A DNA stretch of 32,000 nucleotides from Psychrobacter cryohalolentis K5 (GTDB lineage: Bacteria; Pseudomonadota; Gammaproteobacteria; Pseudomonadales; Moraxellaceae), in the NCBI RefSeq assembly GCF_000013905.1, contig NC_007968.1, positions 1-32,000 on the forward strand. The letters run 5' to 3'. Made by a program: the position numbers and the translations under genes. The notes under the pieces are model-generated. The model was not told the origin of the DNA and did no database searches. It saw only the letters and a program-made list of their open reading frames with translations. This document shows, piece by piece, positions 25,045 through 32,000 of the stretch. Position 1 is the stretch's first letter; every line of letters begins with the position of its first letter.

Positions 25045-25446
25045 TTACCTATCAAGAAGAGATCTATTTCTTTTATTTGCTAGCTTCGCTTCGAATCTCT
25101 TCATAGCCGTATCTAATTCTTCATGTGTGGGCTGTACATAGGACTCATCATTAGGTTCTGTATTACTGTCTTGGATTGGGTCATTAGAATATAAGTCAAC
25201 AAAAACTTGTTTTCTCACCTCAGGCTTAACCTCAATATCACTACTAGAATTATCTGTTGCTACAGATAAATCCTTTGATTCTTTTCTATAGCGGTAAAGA
25301 TAATTGGTCAGTGTGCCAGTCGTTAGAATGAGGTCATGGCGCTCAGCTAATATCTCAACCACACCTTCATAGGTATATGAAACAGCCAGCTCTTCGATCA
25401 CCTCATAAAGATCACGAAATTTGGAAAACTTTGTTCTCTTAGCCAT
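25045..25446 (-). CDS. Hypothetical protein, possibly DNA-binding (first gene downstream of the 11-bp phased repeats)
   Basis: The ORF has a basic N-terminus and an acidic C-terminal half. I recognise no family. Confidence 0.4.
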   Translation of the reverse strand: MAKRTKFSKFRDLYEVIEELAVSYTYEGVVEILAERHDLILTTGTLTNYLYRYRKESKDLSVATDNSSSDIEVKPEVRKQVFVDLYSNDPIQDSNTEPNDESYVQPTHEELDTAMKRFEAKLANKRNRSLLDR

Positions 25447-25506
25447 AAATTACTCTCTATTTGGTTTTTAGCGGTCACTAATATGAGTACAAGGTGCTAT
25501 TTATAG

Positions 25507-25643
25507 TTTGCTCATAATTTGCTAGCGAAATGCTCGCAGTTTGCTTAGTTTTTGCTTGTATTTTGCTCATAATACAGCTTTCTTATTATATTTGCTCATA
25601 ATTTGCTAGTGAAATGCTCGTAGTTTGCTTAGTTTTTGCTTGT
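25507..25643. repeat. Two 53-bp direct repeats (25507-25559, 25591-25643; 2 mismatches) built from TTGCT motifs phased at 11 bp
   Basis: TTGCT/ATGCT occurs at 25508, 25519, 25530, 25541, 25552 and 25563, and again at 25592, 25603, 25614, 25625 and 25636. Confidence 0.85.
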
Positions 25644-25655
25644 GTAACGCTCTTA

Positions 25656-25815
25656 TAAGCCTTTTTAGCCAAAAAGGCTTACCACAGGTAGAAAATAACC
25701 GATTTTTCTACCTGATTTTTGGTCATTAAATTATCCAATTTAATGACTACACCTTACGCACCCTCTCGGGATGAAAAAAATCGTCTTAAATCAGCAACTT
25801 ACCTGATTTAAGACG
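25656..25815. repeat. Four consecutive perfect hairpins (stems of 11, 11, 11 and 13 bp)
   Basis: The hairpins are 25656-25681, 25685-25714, 25722-25747 and 25782-25815. I read them directly. Confidence 0.85.
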
Positions 25816-25907
25816 CTCTTTTCTGTACACAAAATGTTTACAAAATAGACTTAAGTAACTGATTTTTATGATATATTTCTGTCTACAATCTGTAAACAAG
25901 GATAATC

Positions 25908-26282
25908 ATGAGCACCCCTATCGTATCATTTAGATTAAAGCCAGAAATCTACCTAAAACTAGAAGCGATAGCCGCAGAAGCAGGGCAAACGCCTGGTGGC
26001 TACTTGAAGAAAAAATTGGAGTCAGATACCAATAACTTTCTTGAAGATCTTCAGTTTATGAAAGGAGATATTAGTGAGATTCTGCACTTATTGCAGTCAG
26101 ACGATAAAGGATCAAAGGCAGTAGAGAGCACATCAAATCAGAATGAGATGATGAAGGCTTTGATGCCGATAGTGCTAGAATCGTTATTGATATTAAGAGA
26201 GGTAGCAGCCCCTAATAAGGTTTCCAATGCTCAAAGATTGGTCGATAAAGCAGGAATAAAAGCATACAATAGTTTGGATTAA
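25908..26282 (+). CDS. Ribbon-helix-helix (CopG/MobC-like) domain protein
   Basis: The N-terminal IVSFRLKPEIYLKLEAIAAEAGQTPGGYLKKKL has an RHH pattern. Confidence 0.5.
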   Translation: MSTPIVSFRLKPEIYLKLEAIAAEAGQTPGGYLKKKLESDTNNFLEDLQFMKGDISEILHLLQSDDKGSKAVESTSNQNEMMKALMPIVLESLLILREVAAPNKVSNAQRLVDKAGIKAYNSLD

Positions 26283-26298
26283 CAATTAAATGTATATT

Positions 26299-26331
26299 GC
26301 CCTTGTATCAGCTGATACAAGGGCTTTTTTT
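26299..26331 (+). terminator. Rho-independent terminator
   Basis: The perfect palindrome GCCCTTGTATCAGCTGATACAAGGGC is followed by T7. Confidence 0.8.
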
Positions 26332-26580
26332 GAAAAGCTATTTGATAATAAGAGATTGATCCTTGATAGCGTAGTCATAAGAATCACTGGAATTCTAACG
26401 ATCTTCCGAAGATTTTAGTTGATATAAACAATCATGGAACTGTGCAAGCTCATATAAGCCGTCTAAGGAGGTTAAAATTTTTTTACCTAGTAACTTACCA
26501 AACGATACTTAGAACCTTATAGGGAGCTTAATACGATGTTATTAGCTATCTTTGACTAGTGCTTTGATCTCTCTTTTTAA

Positions 26581-26738
26581 ATTATTTGAAATTACTGATA
26601 TTGGATTCATTATTATTTTTACTGGCCTTTTTTTGTCACTCTAATTATTAATAACCAAAAAGGTTTTTAATGTTTTTAAATACTTTTAAAAGCTTTTAGG
26701 TGCTCTGAATCAATTGGTATGAAAGGCCTTTAATGTTG
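26581..26738. other. AT-rich segment of the Rep_3 oriV
   Basis: This very AT-rich tract lies immediately 5-prime of the iterons. Confidence 0.5.
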
Positions 26739-26858
26739 ATAAAGCTACGTCTATCGACCCATAAAGCTACGTCTATCGACCCATAAAGCTACGTCTATCG
26801 ACCCATAAAGCTACGTCTATCGACCCATAAAGCTACGTCTATCGACCCATAAAGCTAC
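26739..26858 (+). repeat. Iterons: five perfect 22-bp direct repeats ATAAAGCTACGTCTATCGACCC plus a 10-bp partial sixth
   Basis: Units start at 26739, 26761, 26783, 26805 and 26827, and the partial unit is 26849-26858. An inverted half-iteron GTAGCTTTAT lies at 26874-26883. Confidence 0.9.
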
Positions 26859-26923
26859 AATTATTTTATTTGTGTAGCTTTATAGAGTATAGTACTTATA
26901 TTGTTTACTATAGAGAGTATAAA

Positions 26924-27871
26924 ATGAGTAATAAGCAGTTAATTGCTAAAGACAATAAGTTAATCGGTGCTAGCTACTCTCTTGGTATACCCGAACAGCG
27001 TCTTATTTTCTTAGCAATTATTGAAGCAAGAGAACAAAAACAATTGATTGATGCTAAAGGTGTTCTGAACATTAGAGCAAAGAGCTATCAAGAACAATTT
27101 AAGGTAGAAAAACATACTTCATACGATGCATTGAAAAGTGCTACAAGTGGTTTATTTGATGCTCATTTTGAGTATGAAGATATTCATGAAAAAACAGGAA
27201 AACAGGCTCGCCATGTCATTAGATGGGTACAAAAAATAAGCTACATTGATGACGCTGGTATGGTTGAGCTGCAATTTACAGATGCAGTTATTCCGCTAAT
27301 AACAAGACTTAGCGAGCAATACACAGAATATGAGTTAAAACAGGTTAGCGAATTGCAAAGCGAATACTCAATCAGGCTTTATGAGTTAATGATGCAATGG
27401 AAGGCAGTTGGTAAAACTAACAAGATATCAGTTGACGATCTACGTAGGAAATTAGGTGTTGAGCCCAAGCAATATAAGAAAATGAATAACTTCAAGGCAC
27501 GAGTTCTAGACCATGCTATTAATCAAATAAATGAACATACAGATATTCAAGCTGAGTATGATCAGTATAAAGATGGACGTGCAATTGCAGGCTTTACATT
27601 TAAATTTAAAGTGAAGAAAAACAAAGTGAAAATTGCTGCCAAAGTTGAAGCTGATAACGTCGACAGGTCTACCATTGAAGGGCTAAACGATAAGCAGTTA
27701 GGGCGTATTGCTCGCAATCCTAGTTTTATAGCAGACTATAATGATTTAGTTAGTTCGACTAGCCCAGCTGGTCAAGATATGAATATGTGGGAATTAGAGA
27801 TGATTAATCGCCTTAAGAAAGACATTTCTCAATTTAAGAAACGTCCAATTAGAGAGTATCTTGAATACTAA
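26924..27871 (+). CDS. Rep_3-family (RepB/RepA-type) iteron-binding replication initiator
   Basis: KDNKLIGASYSLGIPEQRLIFLAI and YSIRLYELMMQW are typical Rep_3 motifs. The iterons lie directly upstream. I prefer the ATG at 26924 over the start at 26870. Confidence 0.85.
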   Translation: MSNKQLIAKDNKLIGASYSLGIPEQRLIFLAIIEAREQKQLIDAKGVLNIRAKSYQEQFKVEKHTSYDALKSATSGLFDAHFEYEDIHEKTGKQARHVIRWVQKISYIDDAGMVELQFTDAVIPLITRLSEQYTEYELKQVSELQSEYSIRLYELMMQWKAVGKTNKISVDDLRRKLGVEPKQYKKMNNFKARVLDHAINQINEHTDIQAEYDQYKDGRAIAGFTFKFKVKKNKVKIAAKVEADNVDRSTIEGLNDKQLGRIARNPSFIADYNDLVSSTSPAGQDMNMWELEMINRLKKDISQFKKRPIREYLEY

Positions 27872-28030
27872 GTCTTAAATGATGAAAAAGTGTATGGTTA
27901 AGAGGAAGCTGCAATAATGAGAGAGCAGCAACGCCAAAAATTGCAAGAGGTAAGAATAGGTAGAACTAACAAGGAAACAGAACTCTAGATTTAATTATTT
28001 GGCAACTAAGATCGCTATAAAGGACCTCTA

Positions 28031-29158
28031 ATGACAGACTTAAATAAAGAAATTGATAAAGCAAGACACAATGTTCGAACAGATAGCTATTCTATGTCTA
28101 TAGGCGAACTCGCTAGTATGTACGAAGATAATGAACTAGAAATACATCCGGCTTTTCAAAGAGTTTTTCGATGGAGTGATGAGCAAAAGAGTAATTTTAT
28201 AGAATCTATATTCTTAGGTATTCCAATCCCTTCTATATTTGTTTCTCAGCGCCAAGATGGCGTTTGGGATTTAGTGGACGGCCTTCAAAGATTATCAACC
28301 ATTTTCTCTTTTATGAATAAACTGAAGGATGAAGAAGGAAGTATTAGAGACCCATTCACTCCTGAGGCAACTAAGTATCTACCATCTCTTAAAGGAAGAA
28401 AGTGGGGAACAGAAGATTTAGACTCTGCCGACTTACTATCGAACAATCTCAAACTCTTGTTCAAAAGACAAAAGATAGCTGTAAATATTATAGAACGTGA
28501 AAGTGACGATGATGCTAAGTTCGAGCTATTTCAGCGGTTAAACACGGGAGGATCTGCTTTATCTCCACAAGAGGTCAGAAACTGTTTATTGATAATGTTA
28601 AACAATCAGGCTTTTGATTTTATTCAGGCTTTAACTAAAGATGAATCATTTCAAAAAACAGTCCTTGTTACAGAGGCGAAGGAAGATCAAGCATATTATT
28701 ATGAACTCGTATTGAGGTTCTTTATTAACAGACATGCATCTGATGAAATACGATCAAAGCATAGTGATGTACATCCTTATCTTAACAATGAAACAATCCG
28801 ATTATTTGATATTAACTCAGATTTTGAATACAACAAAGAAAGAGAGGTGTTCAAAAATACTTTTGAGCGTATAGCTCTTGCCCTAGGAGATGATGCGTTT
28901 AAAAAATACAACCCTCAAAAAGATAGATATGAGGGGGCTTTTAGCTTACCTGTGTTTGAGGCTATATCTACAGGCATATCGTTCCTAGTAGAAAGCGATG
29001 ATTATAATGAGGATGCTATAGTTGTAGTTATAGCAGCTAAGACAAAAGAGCTTATAGATAATAATGATTTTACAAACTCTTATGCTACTCGGATTAGACC
29101 TATAGACAGAACTAAGATAATGATTGGTATAGGTCGGAGTTTGTTTTGTGAGGATTAG
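28031..29158 (+). CDS. DUF262 (ParB/Srx-like, GmrSD N-terminal type) domain protein lacking a DUF1524/HNH nuclease domain
   Basis: Supporting motifs are IHPAFQRVFRWSDEQKSNFIESIFLGIPIPSIFV, WDLVDGLQRLSTI (a DGQQR variant) and FELFQRLNTGGSALSPQEVRNC. Confidence 0.8.
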   Translation: MTDLNKEIDKARHNVRTDSYSMSIGELASMYEDNELEIHPAFQRVFRWSDEQKSNFIESIFLGIPIPSIFVSQRQDGVWDLVDGLQRLSTIFSFMNKLKDEEGSIRDPFTPEATKYLPSLKGRKWGTEDLDSADLLSNNLKLLFKRQKIAVNIIERESDDDAKFELFQRLNTGGSALSPQEVRNCLLIMLNNQAFDFIQALTKDESFQKTVLVTEAKEDQAYYYELVLRFFINRHASDEIRSKHSDVHPYLNNETIRLFDINSDFEYNKEREVFKNTFERIALALGDDAFKKYNPQKDRYEGAFSLPVFEAISTGISFLVESDDYNEDAIVVVIAAKTKELIDNNDFTNSYATRIRPIDRTKIMIGIGRSLFCED

Positions 29159-29798
29159 AAATCTTGAACAACTGGAAAAATCGATGGTTAGCGACTTAAC
29201 TTGGCGTAGACGAGAGCTGACTACATTGAAGTTCATGATTCAGGAAAATAGCGCTATCCATAAGAAAAATATATTACACAGAGCTGCTATAGCCTTATTG
29301 TATTCACATTGGGAAGGACATGTTAAACATTGCTCTTTAGTTTATTTGAGTTATCTAAATAGCTTGGGTCTTCACTGTGATCAGATAGCAGATAACTTTA
29401 TACAACTAAATCTAAGCTCTTATTTTGATGTAAATCTTTCAATGAAATCTACAAAGAATCAAAAGGCCATCCATGATTACTTTTCTCGTTTGTCTGATGT
29501 TACGTTCAAAGTTGTAGAGAATAAAACAATAGACACTAAGTCGAATTTAAACTCTGAGGTTCTTTTAAATATACTCTCGCAATTGGGCCTTCCGAGTAAT
29601 GAATTTGAGTTGAAGAGTACGTTGATAGACACAGTTTTGCTAAAAAATAGAAATGCTGTGGTTCATGGAGAGATGTTGAATGCTGATGGCTTGAGAAATA
29701 CATATAATGAAATAGAAGATGATTTATTGTATTTGATCGAAACATTCCATAATCTTGTTAACAGTGCGGCAGCTAATGGTCTCTATCTAAAACAGTAG
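29148..29798 (+). CDS. HEPN-domain protein (MAE_28990/MAE_18760-like), predicted RNase
   Basis: The Rx4H motif RNAVVH sits in LLKNRNAVVHGE. DLTWRRRELTTLKF and LLYSHWEGHVK are as I recall for this family. The GTG start overlaps the upstream gene by 11 nt, and an alternative ATG lies at 29184. Confidence 0.6.
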   Translation: MRIRNLEQLEKSMVSDLTWRRRELTTLKFMIQENSAIHKKNILHRAAIALLYSHWEGHVKHCSLVYLSYLNSLGLHCDQIADNFIQLNLSSYFDVNLSMKSTKNQKAIHDYFSRLSDVTFKVVENKTIDTKSNLNSEVLLNILSQLGLPSNEFELKSTLIDTVLLKNRNAVVHGEMLNADGLRNTYNEIEDDLLYLIETFHNLVNSAAANGLYLKQ

Positions 29799-29812
29799 CT
29801 ATCTTTTCAAAT

Positions 29813-30763
29813 CTATGGGGAGTAAGGACCAAGAAACCTTACTCCATTAAAATGAATGAGATGAGAAGGAGCATCCGCTACCCAAACTTCTGTTTCCCAT
29901 GCAATTTCACTAAGATAACGACCCATTAGAGCTCTATTCGGAAAAGCTGTCACATAAACTAGCCCAGCAGTTGATTCTGAAAACAACTTAGAAAGCTCTT
30001 CATATCTTTTTCCGTCAACAGGTCCATGGCTAGTGACAGACTCAACTAATAACAGCCAGTTTTTTTCAGTGTAGTGCAATACGACGTCAGGCATTTTACC
30101 GTGTGAACCTACATCCACATTCAGTTCTTTCAGTAGCTCTTTGTCAAAATACCCCCACTTTTTCTCTGTGTCACCGGCATAAATCAAGATACTATTTGGT
30201 GCAAAACGTTCTGCAAAATCTTCAATAATATCTTTGATAAGCTCGCTATGAATACCAGGACTCAATGTAATTTCTTTACCATCTGCAATTCTTACAGGAA
30301 TACGATTTTGCTCTCGCTCTTTAGCATAACGCTCAACAAGCGATGTACGATCAGCTAAATAGCGTTCTAGGTGGCTGTGCCATGATGTAGTCCCATAAGT
30401 GCGAAGCAGGGTCAATACGTGAGGTTCGATTTGATAAACGGCCTTTGGACTATTGACGGGTCGGTCTGGCTTATCTGGATTATAAAGAGCTATACCTGCA
30501 TCACAAAACTGATGCATTGTTTGGCGACGAACTGTTTCCCGTGTGTTAGGAGCATAATCTTTACTGTAATGCTCACGGGCCCAATTCATGATAGGTGTAA
30601 TTCCCATTAACGGGCTTTTTACTTGTGTCCAGCTCTTACCTGGAGAAAGGTCTAGAAGAGCTAATAAAGTTAAGGCTGAGCGTTCATTATATTGTGCAGT
30701 AGGTAGACCTAAGCAAGCTATAATTTGTAGAGCTGCCTCAATGTGATCATCTTGTGTATTCAT
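29813..30763 (-). CDS. BsuBI/PstI-family type II restriction endonuclease
   Basis: The 316-aa size and GKMPDVVLHYTEKNWLLLVESVTSHGPVDGKRYEEL resemble this family (from memory). Its start overlaps the end of the methyltransferase gene. Confidence 0.6.
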   Translation of the reverse strand: MNTQDDHIEAALQIIACLGLPTAQYNERSALTLLALLDLSPGKSWTQVKSPLMGITPIMNWAREHYSKDYAPNTRETVRRQTMHQFCDAGIALYNPDKPDRPVNSPKAVYQIEPHVLTLLRTYGTTSWHSHLERYLADRTSLVERYAKEREQNRIPVRIADGKEITLSPGIHSELIKDIIEDFAERFAPNSILIYAGDTEKKWGYFDKELLKELNVDVGSHGKMPDVVLHYTEKNWLLLVESVTSHGPVDGKRYEELSKLFSESTAGLVYVTAFPNRALMGRYLSEIAWETEVWVADAPSHLIHFNGVRFLGPYSP

Positions 30764-32000
30764 TAAATTAAATCTCTAAATTGAGCATCAATGCTCTCTT
30801 GTGTGATATTTTTTTGTTCTAAAGCCCACTCACCAAGCTTAAATAAATTTTCACGGCTAGGGTACTTCATCTGCTTAAGATCTGTTGCATTGACCTGAGT
30901 ATGACCACTAAACCGCCTAAAATGCTCATCTACTGCGGTAGTGTTCAGGTATACCATAAGTCCACTTGCTAATGCCTCAGGCAAGCCGTTTTTATTGTCG
31001 TGGAATACGTTTAAGTGGTTTTCAAACCCCAGCATCGTGTATTCGCTAAAATCAGTAGGGTTTATCAAGTTTGCAACCATACGACGTTTTTCCTCCTTCG
31101 ACGAAAAACGTTTCACTACACAGTAAAATCCGTTAGGGTAAAGCCATTTCTCTGTATCGTTATTGGCTACGATTGCATTAGATTTTTTAAAGTTAGGTAT
31201 AGGCCAAGTGGTTTTATATGCCTTTAAGTGGGCTGGATAAATCAATGGCACAGCCCCTTCTTCAGGCCTATCTCGTAAATACTCTTTCAATCGGAAATCA
31301 ACTACTGGGCCAGTTGATAGCTTTATACCAATGTCAGCCATTGAATAACGCACAGCAGATGATAATTCGATGGCACTTTTCTCGGTCGTAGTCTGCACGT
31401 GAATAAACCGTTCTGGATCATCTGGAAATACTATGCGCTCAAAAGGAATTTCACAGTTAGTTAGGTCAGAAAAACTATCGTCAGTAGAGGTTGAGATAGT
31501 AACAGGTCCTTGCTTTCCATCACGTTCTAAGCAAATAATGATATTCTCTTGTAGTACCTGATCATCGCTAAAAGCTTTGCTGCGCGATTCAAACAAATGC
31601 ATCTGATGTATCGCTGCCCGTTCAAGAATGAAGTCGCGGAAAGGGCGATAATAAGGGCCATTGCAGAAACTGCGTGGAATAATAGCTACCATTTGGCCAC
31701 CTGGAGCCATCTCTCCCAGCGCTAATGCTATAAAAGCGGAATATAAATTAACTGTTTCAATACCAACACTACTTAAAGCTAATCGGTGCGCTGATTTACT
31801 ATTGATTTTTTTATAAGGTGGATTCAGAATTACGTGAGTGTAACCTTGATCCTGCAGACCTTTGTCTGTTGCCAGTTTGATGTAATCGTCAGAGAAAATA
31901 CGAGTTGTCACATGATCGTATGAGTTTAGATGCTGACTAAGATAGTTCGTCAGTTTCTTATCGATTTCGAAAGCGGTTACATCAACATCATTAAACCCAA
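30763..32000 (-). CDS. N6-adenine DNA methyltransferase (M.PstI/M.BsuBI/Eco57I-like); 5-prime end lies beyond the window
   Basis: The catalytic motif is VILNPPYKK. The reading frame stays open upstream of the listed GTG to base 32000 (...GFNDVDVTAFEIDKKLTNYL...), so the gene is cut by the window edge. Confidence 0.8.
   Translation of the reverse strand, partial: GFNDVDVTAFEIDKKLTNYLSQHLNSYDHVTTRIFSDDYIKLATDKGLQDQGYTHVILNPPYKKINSKSAHRLALSSVGIETVNLYSAFIALALGEMAPGGQMVAIIPRSFCNGPYYRPFRDFILERAAIHQMHLFESRSKAFSDDQVLQENIIICLERDGKQGPVTISTSTDDSFSDLTNCEIPFERIVFPDDPERFIHVQTTTEKSAIELSSAVRYSMADIGIKLSTGPVVDFRLKEYLRDRPEEGAVPLIYPAHLKAYKTTWPIPNFKKSNAIVANNDTEKWLYPNGFYCVVKRFSSKEEKRRMVANLINPTDFSEYTMLGFENHLNVFHDNKNGLPEALASGLMVYLNTTAVDEHFRRFSGHTQVNATDLKQMKYPSRENLFKLGEWALEQKNITQESIDAQFRDLI

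Noticed and set aside
26739-26858. The regular 22-bp repeats, and the 8-bp, 20-bp and 53-bp repeats elsewhere, considered as possible CRISPR arrays.
   Set aside because: The units are contiguous with no unique spacers, and no cas genes are present. They fit iterons, centromere-like arrays and tandem duplications instead.
26980-27003. CTTGGTATACCCGAACAGCG inside the Rep_3 gene, which resembles the GGGGTATACCCGAGCGGAAC site.
   Set aside because: It lies in a conserved coding motif (LGIPEQRL), has no partner arm or module boundary, and is most likely a coincidence.
27917-27988. A 23-codon ORF (MREQQRQKLQEVRIGRTNKETEL) between rep and the DUF262 gene.
   Set aside because: It is too short, has no recognisable motif and is not supported by any other signal. 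I noted it only as a possible leader peptide.

Overview
This is a plasmid-like, strongly mosaic 32-kb window. It is AT-rich, and the gene content looks like a Moraxellaceae-type plasmid (Psychrobacter/Acinetobacter-like), which is inference only. It carries two unrelated replicons: a ColE2-type primase-Rep with a matching origin at 16.9-17.9 kb, and a Rep_3 initiator with five 22-bp iterons at 26.7-27.9 kb. Backbone and mobile features are a ParF/ParG-type partition locus with an ACTC-box operator (20.4-21.3 kb), an intact IS982-family element with an 8-bp target duplication (18.18-19.16 kb), an intact HigBA pair, and a DinJ-like/BrnT/BrnA cluster in which brnT is destroyed. Cargo genes are DUF421, CinA, PepSY, a run of five inner-membrane genes (MgtC, DUF808, UPF0114, DUF475, NhaP2), MerR plus a small membrane protein, a Zn-ADH and a Fic protein. 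The right third holds three defence-type loci. One is a visibly AT-richer ABC-ATPase + DUF4435/TOPRIM pair (PARIS/AriAB-like). The second is an overlapping DUF262 + HEPN gene pair that I cannot assign to a named system; it is my best candidate for an undescribed system. The third is a PstI/BsuBI-like type II R-M locus cut by the window edge. Several structures are not explained by the genes. (i) A family of GGGTATACCC-centred sites occurs in nested inverted pairs (a/g, b/f, c/c-prime, d/e) that delimit the cargo modules, and one copy has a res-plus-resolvase layout. (ii) A perfect 12x GAGTATTT array has the ACTC-box/4-bp-spacer layout of a ParG (parH-type) centromere but lies 8 kb from parFG. 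(iii) 6+5 TTTGCT motifs are phased at exactly 11 bp. (iv) Four consecutive perfect hairpins lie next to them. (v) A 20-bp tandem repeat plus a nonsense codon splits brnT. All family calls come from motif recognition by eye, and no searches were run.
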